A stretch of DNA of 43,303 nt from Cyclobacteriaceae bacterium (GTDB lineage Bacteria > Bacteroidota > Bacteroidia > Cytophagales > Cyclobacteriaceae), in contig JANNQJ010000425.1 in assembly GCA_031400675.1 (NCBI GenBank), positions 1-43,303 of the forward strand, in the 5' to 3' direction. The stretch's first letter is position 1, and each line of letters opens with the position of its first letter. The notes below the pieces were generated by a model that saw nothing but the letters and a program-made list of their open reading frames with translations, was not told the DNA's origin and made no database searches. Of the stretch, positions 23,996 to 32,473 are shown in pieces. A program made the position numbers and the translations under genes.

Positions 23996-26900
23996 TTACT
24001 TAATCACATGTACCCAGTTCTTACAAACAGCATAGTCCCCAATCGTTACCTGGTAATAGTAAATTCCGGTGTCCACGTTATCAGCCGTCCAATCATATTG
24101 ATAGTCATTTGACTCAAAAACTTGTGTACCCCACCGATTTACTACGGTAATGCCAACTTTTAATCCTGCATGTGCAGGGGTTCTGTTAACATCTCCATAC
24201 TGAATCATGAATTGATCGTTGTACCCCCCTGTAATGCCTGGAGTTATCACATTTGGTACCAGGATGGTAAAAAAAGGCAACTCAATACTTTGCTCGTACA
24301 CGCAAAATTCCTTTACGCCAATCAGTCTTATTACGTATTCCCCGTCCTGTTCATAATAATGGGTTACTTGCTGACCATCGGAGGTAAATCCATCACCAAA
24401 ATCAAAAATAAAAGTTTCATCCGGATTTGAGTCCGTTTTATTTCGCATCAATACCGAAGGTCTTGAAAAACAATCGGTAATCAGGTCATACTCAAGTTTC
24501 AATTCGATTTCCGGCACAACATTTAATTGAACTGTATCACGCATAATACAGCCATTACTGTCGGTGATCGTTACAAAATAGTATGTGGTATCCTCAGGGG
24601 TTACCGTGTTTGATGGAAGTATTCCGTCTGCTTCTGTTGACCAAACATAGGATGTTCCACCCGTTGCGGAGAGCGCATAGGTTGTTCCAAAACAAATATC
24701 ATCATCATCCTGGGCCAGAGCCGTGATCTCAAACACCGTTACTACTTTCGCAGTCGAATCAATTCCAATGCACGTATTTTGATCGATGGCTTTTAACTTC
24801 ACCAGGTAGTTACCTTCTTCCTGGTATTGATGCACGAAGGAGGTGGTATCTAATTTTGTGAACCTGGTACCATCGCCTAAATCCCATTCGAAAAATTCTC
24901 CACCCGTACTGAAATTTTGAAACCGAATAGAATCGGGAAAACATATTTCATCAATACCCGGAGCATCAAAAGCCACTGAGTTTGTTTGGAGTCGAGCTCG
25001 CAAGGAGGATAGATCGAACTTAAAGGCCGCGTTGTTGCAGTTCCCACTGTTATTTGTGTTTGACCATGCACCTGGTGTGGTGGGGAAATCATCAAAACCT
25101 CCTCCACATCCTGCGCATACTGCATGATACACAATGCCGCTTTTATCGAACCGACTGGTTCCTCCATCTACATGCGTCCAGGATTGATTTCCACCCAGAT
25201 ATGTAGCATACAATAATTCCGTGGCATCATCGGTAAGTACGATAAAATAAAAATCGTTGCCGAGGGTTGTTCGTTGTAGTGCATCGGGAGTGGTTGGCAT
25301 ACCCACCGTAGTGCTTTGCCAATAGTTACGGGTTATATTAATGTTTCCACCCCATCCGGACATGTACAGGTTGTTGCAATCATTTACCAGAAAAGCGGTA
25401 GGTGAAATATTCGGAATACCGATCCCTGAACCAAAAACTGTGGAAAATATCAGTGCGTTAAGTTCGGCAGAAAACTTCTGCACAAACTGGCCGCTATTTG
25501 GATTATTGTAGGTTCCGGGAGTAACAGGCATACTTCCACTCGTCTGGCCATACACATAGACTTCTCCTGCTGAATTCAAATCGACAAAATATACCTGATC
25601 GAATGCGTTGGTTCCGGTGAAGGTGGATTGCAATAACGAATCTCCCTCTTCTTCAAAATGCGCAATCCAGCCATCGGCATCACCAGAGAGCGCACCCTGA
25701 TATACCCCTGCCGTTATCGGGAAATCAGCACTGCTTGTTCCTCCAGCTGCATAAATATTTCCAACGCCATCAAACTTAAGCGTATGCGATGCATCGTAAC
25801 CAGAACCTCCAATGAATGCACCCCATAGAATTTCTGAAAGATCTGCTTTAACTTTTACGAGAACGGCATCGGTTCCACCGCCCTTATACACCAGGCTAAA
25901 ACTATTTGCGGCAGGGAAATCTGCGGATGACGTAACAGAGCTGATGAAGGCATTACCCTCCTTATCGGTAATAATATCTCCGCGCATATCATCACCGTAG
26001 TTTCTGACTAACGGGCCGGCTGGGTTAAGCCCATCGTTTGCTGTTCCGCCTAAAAAAGTAGAATGCAATAGCTCATCTCCATGCTGACTAATTCTGGAAA
26101 GCGTGATATCAGAACCAAATGGAAAGCTGATGACAAACGTGTTCAACGTTGTGCCTCCATTAAAACTCTGATCCAACGCATTGGTGGTGGTTGGGAAATT
26201 AGCTGAACTTGTTGTTCCTAATACAAGTAATTCCTTTGTTGCACTATCCATGACCAGACTATGCGGAGTTTCGTTGCTGCTTCCTCCCAAGTAACTGGCA
26301 TAAAGCATTTGACTACCCGCTGAATCATATTTTAAGATGGCGATATCATAATTTCCACCATACGTTGTTTGAAAGGCTCCCGGAGTGGCAGGAAAAGTTC
26401 CCCCCACATTGATATGATTCGTTATTCCTGAAGAATACAAAGTTCCATTTTCCCCAGGGGTTGCAGTACTCCCCCAATTATCAGCTGTGGAGCCTGAGTA
26501 TGTTGAAAAAATCAATAATGGATCAATCAGCAATTCATAACAAGGATCATATCCTTCGGGAAAATAGAACGTAACAATATTGCCGGCTAACTTATATTCA
26601 GTTTTGATTTCTCTTTTTACTCCATCGATGAGTTGATAAGAATAAGGTTTCCTTTCTATTATGTTACCCCGCGAAGTTCCGATCGAAATACTTCCGTCCG
26701 CCAGTGTTAGCGCATCGGCACCACAATATTCGATTTGAATTTGAGCTGCATCTGCTTCAGCCTTTACTACAAAATCATATTTGAGATTATCGTGAATAGA
26801 ACTGATTTTTAAATCAATACCTTCATAAAGTGAAGGGTAAATTAATTCTGAATAGGCGTACACATTTGAAGCCCATTTTGAAGAATCATTTCCTGTAAAA

Positions 26901-27286
26901 TAATTATAATATTCCGTTGAGCGGTTGAACGCCTGAGGTTGTGAAGTAAGATTGGCGTTTAAAAAATCAATCTGAAGAAGATGGCCGTTAATTGCATCAT
27001 CTGGCATTACGTTTCCATCTGATTCATTTACCAATCTATGTTTGTGAAGATGATCATCCTCCAGCTTTTTCTGGTCGAATAAATAAACTGAGAATTGTGC
27101 CGGAGATAAAAATAATCTTCCTCCTGGAATACGCGCAGCATAATCAACTTCTTGAGCCCACTGGTTTTTGTTTTCGATAAATTTAAGGGATGATCCAACC
27201 TGGGCTAAGCCTGAAAATGGAATAAACAGCAGTGCCAGGCTGATGCTTACAATGAGTGTGTGTCTTTCCGTTCTCATACCAGTCAT
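23996..27286 (-). CDS. Large secreted beta-propeller-repeat (SBBP-like) / PKD-domain protein with a T9SS type-B (gliding-motility-associated, CHU_C-type) C-terminal domain
   Basis: A signal peptide is present. Many repeats have the form ...YLGG...D.G..I..D..GN.Y..G.T.S.DFP.T.GA. There are two PKD-like units (FEWDLGDGTRF...GNYLVKLKAID and FIFDFGDGFTSDGQ...GEYVIRLIG). The C-terminus VPNVITPGITGGYNDQFMIQ...YYYQVTIGDYAVCKNWVHVIK resembles the type-B CTD. Confidence 0.7.
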   Translation of the reverse strand: MTGMRTERHTLIVSISLALLFIPFSGLAQVGSSLKFIENKNQWAQEVDYAARIPGGRLFLSPAQFSVYLFDQKKLEDDHLHKHRLVNESDGNVMPDDAINGHLLQIDFLNANLTSQPQAFNRSTEYYNYFTGNDSSKWASNVYAYSELIYPSLYEGIDLKISSIHDNLKYDFVVKAEADAAQIQIEYCGADALTLADGSISIGTSRGNIIERKPYSYQLIDGVKREIKTEYKLAGNIVTFYFPEGYDPCYELLIDPLLIFSTYSGSTADNWGSTATPGENGTLYSSGITNHINVGGTFPATPGAFQTTYGGNYDIAILKYDSAGSQMLYASYLGGSSNETPHSLVMDSATKELLVLGTTSSANFPTTTNALDQSFNGGTTLNTFVISFPFGSDITLSRISQHGDELLHSTFLGGTANDGLNPAGPLVRNYGDDMRGDIITDKEGNAFISSVTSSADFPAANSFSLVYKGGGTDAVLVKVKADLSEILWGAFIGGSGYDASHTLKFDGVGNIYAAGGTSSADFPITAGVYQGALSGDADGWIAHFEEEGDSLLQSTFTGTNAFDQVYFVDLNSAGEVYVYGQTSGSMPVTPGTYNNPNSGQFVQKFSAELNALIFSTVFGSGIGIPNISPTAFLVNDCNNLYMSGWGGNINITRNYWQSTTVGMPTTPDALQRTTLGNDFYFIVLTDDATELLYATYLGGNQSWTHVDGGTSRFDKSGIVYHAVCAGCGGGFDDFPTTPGAWSNTNNSGNCNNAAFKFDLSSLRARLQTNSVAFDAPGIDEICFPDSIRFQNFSTGGEFFEWDLGDGTRFTKLDTTSFVHQYQEEGNYLVKLKAIDQNTCIGIDSTAKVVTVFEITALAQDDDDICFGTTYALSATGGTSYVWSTEADGILPSNTVTPEDTTYYFVTITDSNGCIMRDTVQLNVVPEIELKLEYDLITDCFSRPSVLMRNKTDSNPDETFIFDFGDGFTSDGQQVTHYYEQDGEYVIRLIGVKEFCVYEQSIELPFFTILVPNVITPGITGGYNDQFMIQYGDVNRTPAHAGLKVGITVVNRWGTQVFESNDYQYDWTADNVDTGIYYYQVTIGDYAVCKNWVHVIK

Positions 27287-27318
27287 CTACCTCTAAAATA
27301 CTGAAAACATCAGAAAGG

Positions 27319-29886
27319 TCACCCTTCTTTTCTGAGTACCTGCAACGGAGGGGTGTCAATCACTTCTCGTGAATTCCACCATCCAATGAATACGGTTAAA
27401 AACACAACACCTGTGGCAATGGTGAGTAATTCTACCCAGTCGAAAGCAAATGTAATCTTGAAGAAAAACATGGCGAGCAGCCAGCCCCCTCCCAATGAGA
27501 GGATCATGCCGGTAAGTGCAGAGAACAACCCGAGATAGGCATATTCAATCAACGTAATTTTTGTAATGAGACTGGTGCGGGCACCCATGGTACGCAGCAA
27601 AACATTTTCTTTCATCCGTACAAATTTGCTGTTGATCACGGCTCCAGCCAATACCACCAGCCCCGTAACGATACAGAACAGCGCCAGGAACCGAACCACA
27701 AGTCCCAGTTTGTTGAACAACTCATTTACGGTACTCAAAATAAGTCTTAAGTCAATCAACGACACATTCGGATATTGCATGATCAACTGCTGTTGAAAAC
27801 GGTTGGCTGCCTGCTGGTCGTCAATGCGTGTGGTGGTCACAAAAATTTGAGGTGCATTTTCGAGCACGCCTTTCGGAAATACAAAAATAAAATTCGGTGG
27901 GTCTTTGGACCAGTCTACTTTTCGGATACCACTGAGGTGAACTTTTACAGGGACGCCCTGAATATCAAACACCAACGAGTCACCAATTTCAACCTCCAGT
28001 TCCTCCTGCATGCCTTCCGAGATTGTTACCCAAACTGAATCACGTGTAGTTTTCAAGTGATGCATATCTCCTTCAATTAATTCTTCTGCGTGGTGGAGGC
28101 TGTCGCGATAGGTAACACGATACTCCCGGGTTAATGCCCAGTTTTGAATTTGATCGGTGCTGTCCTTTTGTATGGCCTCGATACTCTTACCTCTTACTTC
28201 ACTTAAGCGGCACGTAATAATGGGCACGACTTGCTTCACTGGCAGATTGTTTTCCTCCATCAGCTTCAATACACCATCTTTCTGCGATCCTTGAATATCA
28301 AACAAAATGGTATTGGATTGATTTTCTTGTTCCGTAAATTCTACCTGCCCCAGTAAACTTTTCTCTACAATGTTCAGCGTGGCAATAATGAAAGTACCAA
28401 GCCCTATGGCTACCATCAACACCCGCGTTTGATTATTTGGGCGGAACAAATTGGAAAGGGAATGCCTCCAGATAAAAGAAGCGTTCGTTGGAAAAAATTT
28501 TCTTACCAGAAACAATAATGCTATCGCTACCAAGGCCAGGCACCCGAGCGCAACCAATAATCCCAAAAAGAACAGACCACCTGTTACGAGACTTTTTGTT
28601 TGAATGGCAGCAAAAGCAATTGGGAATAACGCAATGAGAATGATTGCCACAAGTTTTGTCTTTGAGAAAATTTTACTGGGCTCAAAATCGGCACGCAATA
28701 CGGTGAGAGGTGGAACAAACCGCACTGATATAAGCGGAAGCACCGAGAACAATACCGAAACAACCGCACCCAGTGCAACTCCCTGCAATACCGACATCCA
28801 CGAAATAGAGAAACCAACTTCTACCGGAAGTAAATCTTTAAACACAAGTGGAATGAGTTGTTGAATTACCACACCCAGAAATGCTCCTACTACGCTACCG
28901 ATGATGCCCAATAAAAAAATCTGAATAAAATAAATATTAAATGCCTGCCAGCCGGTTGATCCTATGCAACGCAATACAGCTACTTCATCACGCTTTTCGC
29001 GTGCATAAATATGAACGGAACTTGCTACACCTATGCACCCCAGGATCAGCGCCACAAAGGCGAGTAGTGAGAAAAATCGGTATATCGCCTGGAAAGTCTC
29101 TCCCAACTCTTCCTTGCGTTCTTGCACATCATCGTACCCATGGCCAAACTTTATCACCTTTGGCTGCAGCCACTTGCCGAGTTCATCTGCTTGTGCTTCA
29201 GTGTCTGTTTTAAAGTATCTTCGGTAATTCACTCTACTTCCAAACTGCACAAGCTTTGTAGAATCCAGCTCAGACATCGCAATATAAACTGTTGGGGTAA
29301 ATGTAGATTGAAGTCCACCCCCTCCCGGGATTTTAGTGACTACACCAGACACTGTAAGTGTTGAATTTCCAATTTTAATCGAGTCGCCTGAACTTACCTC
29401 ATACTGACTGGCCAAAGATTCATCGAGCATCGCATAAGTTCCCCCCTTCATGAGCTCATATGCATTGGCTGGCTGTGTCACTAACTCGCCATAAAATGGA
29501 AAAGGTCCTTCGAGGGCCACTAATCTGATTAGTCGCGATTGTCCATTATGAAGAAACAATACCATCGAAGCCATGTCTGCTTCTTCTGACTGCGCATACT
29601 TGATGGAATCAAAAAGTATTCGCAGATCAGGCTCAAATTTTTTGTTACCATTCACCACCAGGTCTGCACCTAACAATTCTTTCGCATTGCGGTTGATGTC
29701 CTCTTGCAAAGAAGTGTTCATCGAATCCAACGACACCACTGCGGCAATGCCAGTGATGAGGGAGGCAGTAAAAAGGAAGAGCCTGGAAAAATTATGTCGT
29801 GCATCGCGCCAAGCCATTTTCCAAACCCAGGCATCGCGGAAGATGCCGCGTGTTTTTCGTTTCAGTCGGATGATGTATTCGATCAT
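27319..29886 (-). CDS. YbbP-like ABC transporter permease with two FtsX domains (about 10 TM)
   Basis: The N-terminus is ...MAWRDARHNFSRLFLF. Two FtsX-type 4-TM modules are separated by large extracytoplasmic domains. The gene lies downstream of a YbbA-like ATPase and opposite a tesA-like gene, as in E. coli. The start is uncertain: ATG 29886 or GTG 29910. Confidence 0.75.
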   Translation of the reverse strand: MIEYIIRLKRKTRGIFRDAWVWKMAWRDARHNFSRLFLFTASLITGIAAVVSLDSMNTSLQEDINRNAKELLGADLVVNGNKKFEPDLRILFDSIKYAQSEEADMASMVLFLHNGQSRLIRLVALEGPFPFYGELVTQPANAYELMKGGTYAMLDESLASQYEVSSGDSIKIGNSTLTVSGVVTKIPGGGGLQSTFTPTVYIAMSELDSTKLVQFGSRVNYRRYFKTDTEAQADELGKWLQPKVIKFGHGYDDVQERKEELGETFQAIYRFFSLLAFVALILGCIGVASSVHIYAREKRDEVAVLRCIGSTGWQAFNIYFIQIFLLGIIGSVVGAFLGVVIQQLIPLVFKDLLPVEVGFSISWMSVLQGVALGAVVSVLFSVLPLISVRFVPPLTVLRADFEPSKIFSKTKLVAIILIALFPIAFAAIQTKSLVTGGLFFLGLLVALGCLALVAIALLFLVRKFFPTNASFIWRHSLSNLFRPNNQTRVLMVAIGLGTFIIATLNIVEKSLLGQVEFTEQENQSNTILFDIQGSQKDGVLKLMEENNLPVKQVVPIITCRLSEVRGKSIEAIQKDSTDQIQNWALTREYRVTYRDSLHHAEELIEGDMHHLKTTRDSVWVTISEGMQEELEVEIGDSLVFDIQGVPVKVHLSGIRKVDWSKDPPNFIFVFPKGVLENAPQIFVTTTRIDDQQAANRFQQQLIMQYPNVSLIDLRLILSTVNELFNKLGLVVRFLALFCIVTGLVVLAGAVINSKFVRMKENVLLRTMGARTSLITKITLIEYAYLGLFSALTGMILSLGGGWLLAMFFFKITFAFDWVELLTIATGVVFLTVFIGWWNSREVIDTPPLQVLRKEG

Positions 29887-30009
29887 AATCTTATAGTCAT
29901 TCCGAGGCACGAGGAATCTTCTAACATCAAGTAGACTAAACTATGTAAGAAGATGTCTCGCCATGCAGCTTCATTTTTCATAGTATAGATTAGCGGGCTC
30001 AATGACAGG

Positions 30010-30705
30010 TTACTTATTTAGTTGAACGGTTAGCTCTTCAACAAGTCTACCTCCACGCATACTCAAAATTCGTTCTGTTTTTTGCGCAAGCTCCAAGTTA
30101 TGGGTGACCAACACCAACGTGGTCTGCTGCTCTTTATTCAACCCGAAAAGCAGATCGGTAATATGATGAGAATTTTCTTCATCAAGATTACCTGTAGGCT
30201 CATCGGCAAATAATATTTTGGGCTCTGTGATAAATGCTCTTGCCATGGCTACGCGCTGTTGCTCCCCTCCCGATAGTTGCGTAGGGTAATGTTCCATCCG
30301 GTCGGCAAGCCCAACACGTGAAAGCCATTCTTTTGCGTTGGGTGCCACATTTTTTTCTCCACGCAACTCCAACGGCACCATTACATTTTCAAGCGCAGTG
30401 AGGGTAGAAAGCAACTGAAAATTTTGAAACACAAAGCCTACATACTGATTGCGGATATACGCTCGGTCATCTTCACTCATTGCATTCAATTTAAATCCCA
30501 TCAATGAAATAATTCCCTGGCTGGGCACGTCTAACCCTGCACACAAGCCAAGCAAGGTTGTTTTGCCACTTCCTGATGGCCCGATAATGGCAAGTGTATC
30601 GCCTTGACTGACAGAAAAACTCACTTGGTCAAGCACCGTGAGGGAATTGGCACCGGATCGGTAGGTTTTGGTAAGCGATTCGGCCTGGAGTACGATTTGT
30701 GACAT
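30010..30705 (-). CDS. ABC transporter ATP-binding protein, YbbA/LolD/MacB-NBD type
   Basis: Walker A is GPSGSGKTT, the signature motif is [14 protein letters not shown], and Walker B is [12 protein letters not shown]. The protein is 231 aa. Confidence 0.85.
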   Translation of the reverse strand: MSQIVLQAESLTKTYRSGANSLTVLDQVSFSVSQGDTLAIIGPSGSGKTTLLGLCAGLDVPSQGIISLMGFKLNAMSEDDRAYIRNQYVGFVFQNFQLLSTLTALENVMVPLELRGEKNVAPNAKEWLSRVGLADRMEHYPTQLSGGEQQRVAMARAFITEPKILFADEPTGNLDEENSHHITDLLFGLNKEQQTTLVLVTHNLELAQKTERILSMRGGRLVEELTVQLNK

Positions 30706-30726
30706 ATAAATTATTCAATGTTGTAC

Positions 30727-30782
30727 GTTTCAAGTTCCACGTTAGAATGTTTAAAGCTAACTTGAAACCTTTAACTTGGAAC
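30727..30782. promoter_or_regulatory. Four copies of a 10-bp motif (GTTYCAMGTT / AACTTGRAAC) arranged as nested inverted repeats in the divergent ybbA-like / tesA-like promoter region
   Basis: GTTTCAAGTT (30727-36) is the exact reverse complement of AACTTGAAAC (30759-68). GTTCCACGTT (30734-43) matches the reverse complement of AACTTGGAAC (30773-82) with one mismatch. Confidence 0.45.
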
Positions 30783-30795
30783 TCTCAGTAACGCT

Positions 30796-31404
30796 ATGGT
30801 CGGTAAGTTTGTTTGGATTATTGTATGTACACTCCTTTTTCAAGGCACTGCAACCTTGAAAACGATTCTTTTTTTTGGCGATAGTCTCACGGCAGGTTAC
30901 GGACTTTCACCAGAAGAAGCCTTTCCAGCCCTGGTAGAAAAGCAATTCAACAAAAACGGCAAGCCATGTAAAGTGGTGAATGCCGGATTAAGCGGAGAAA
31001 CTTCAGCAGGAGGCCTATCCCGCATTGATTGGATCTTGCGTCAGCCCATAGATGTATTTGTATTAGAATTGGGAGGCAATGATGGTTTGCGTGGGCTGCC
31101 ATTGGAGGAGACAAAAAAAAATCTTCAGGCTATTATTGATAAGGTGAGAATAAAAAATCCAAAAGCAAAAATTGTTGTAATGGGAATGATGGTTCCGCCT
31201 AACATGGGAGGCAATTATACCACCGAGTTCAAAGCAATTTTTCCGGCACTTGCAAAGAAGAACAATGCCACACTGATGCCATTCTTGCTTGAGGGCGTGG
31301 CAGGAAATGAAAAATTAAATTTGCCCGATGGAATTCACCCGAATATGGCGGGGCATAAAATTGTTGCAGATAATGTCGCAAAGGTATTGAATCCCTTACT
31401 TTAA
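30796..31404 (+). CDS. SGNH/GDSL hydrolase, TesA-like arylesterase / acyl-CoA thioesterase I / lysophospholipase
   Basis: A signal peptide is present. Block I is ILFFGDSLTAGYG, block III is ELGGNDGLRG, and block V is PDGIHPN. The gene is divergent from the ybbA/ybbP-like genes. Confidence 0.8.
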   Translation: MVGKFVWIIVCTLLFQGTATLKTILFFGDSLTAGYGLSPEEAFPALVEKQFNKNGKPCKVVNAGLSGETSAGGLSRIDWILRQPIDVFVLELGGNDGLRGLPLEETKKNLQAIIDKVRIKNPKAKIVVMGMMVPPNMGGNYTTEFKAIFPALAKKNNATLMPFLLEGVAGNEKLNLPDGIHPNMAGHKIVADNVAKVLNPLL

Positions 31405-32301
31405 TCAACGTGTTGGGTTAACAGTCAAGTAATGCTTTTCTAGCAGAAACCGTAACACATCTTCCGTAGTTTTATCTTTTTCTTCTCCTAACTCTTTGCT
31501 GATGGTTAAATGGGTCTTCTTCTGGTAGAAGAAAACTTTGTTCTCAACCTGTGCTTCTGTTAATTTCTTTGACAAGATTTTTGCTTCCACCTCAGATGCC
31601 TCGCGCTCACCAGCAAACGCGATCATAAAGGCAGGGATTTTTTTCCCTGGTTTTACAAAATAAACAGGAGACGCCTCCTCCCATTCCTTTTTCGTATTGC
31701 CGAAAGCCTGGGTATACCATTCTCTCAACCGCGATTTTGCATCGTTCATGAGTACTGGGATGTCATATCCCGCCCCATCTAACAATACAACACCTTGAAT
31801 TATGCTTAGCTCGCCTCCAGATTTCTTAATATAGGTTTCATTGGTGCTCACCAGCGCAGCTAAGTGGGCGCCTGCAGAATGACCCATTAAAAAAATCTTG
31901 TTGGCATCGGCACTATAATGCACAGCATTTTTATGAACCCACATGATGGCATCCGCCACATCCTGCACGTGTGCAGGATGCACCACTTTAGGAGATAATC
32001 GATAGTTAATAGAAATGAAGACGTATCCTTTCTTTGTAAAATATTCAGCTTTCTCCTGCACGTATTCTTTTTCTCCGTATGCCAACGCTCCACCATGAAT
32101 CCAAATTAATACCGGTGAGTTACTTCCCTTCTTGGGCAAGTACACGTCCAGCAAATTAAGCTTAGGGTCTGAATTAGGATGAGAGGCGTATTTAATGTCA
32201 GCTACACGGATGTATGAATTTAAATCCTTTTTCTGCGCCCATGACCAATAACAGGTAGTCATTGATATGATGGTAAAAAGAAGCAAAATTTTCCTTCGCA
32301 T
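31405..32301 (-). CDS. Secreted alpha/beta-hydrolase fold esterase/lipase
   Basis: A signal peptide is present. The oxyanion motif is VLIWIHGGALAYG and the nucleophile elbow is LMGHSAGAHLA (GxSxG). Its stop codon (31405-07) directly abuts the tesA-like stop (31402-04). Confidence 0.75.
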   Translation of the reverse strand: MRRKILLLFTIISMTTCYWSWAQKKDLNSYIRVADIKYASHPNSDPKLNLLDVYLPKKGSNSPVLIWIHGGALAYGEKEYVQEKAEYFTKKGYVFISINYRLSPKVVHPAHVQDVADAIMWVHKNAVHYSADANKIFLMGHSAGAHLAALVSTNETYIKKSGGELSIIQGVVLLDGAGYDIPVLMNDAKSRLREWYTQAFGNTKKEWEEASPVYFVKPGKKIPAFMIAFAGEREASEVEAKILSKKLTEAQVENKVFFYQKKTHLTISKELGEEKDKTTEDVLRFLLEKHYLTVNPTR

Positions 32302-32473
32302 AGACTAGAATATCAACATCAACTAATTTAACGGCTTAAATTATCAATTATTTTACCTTAAAAAAAGGTTCTGAGGCTGCTCTTTCTTCAGCTTAGTTAA
32401 ACAACTCTCCTCATGTTGTCAATGTTGATCGATTATACAATCAAAACTCTCCTCTCAGAGAGCCAATTTAAGA

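Noticed and set aside
29883-29981. A 32-codon minus-strand ORF (MKNEAAWRDIFLHSLVYLMLEDSSCLGMTIRL*) in the ybbA-ybbP spacer. Its TGA overlaps the ATG at 29886 (ATGA), and its AAWRD faintly echoes the permease N-terminus MAWRDARHN.
   Set aside because: The ORF is too short and the similarity too slight (4-5 residues) to distinguish from chance. There is no independent evidence of translation. It is noted only as something Ribo-seq could test.
32362-32395. A possible terminator hairpin CTGAGG-N9-CTTCAG next to an A7/T7 run between the MacB-like permease and the esterase gene
   Set aside because: On the relevant (minus) strand the stem contains an A-C mismatch and has only 5 good pairs. It is too weak to call without folding energies or Term-seq.
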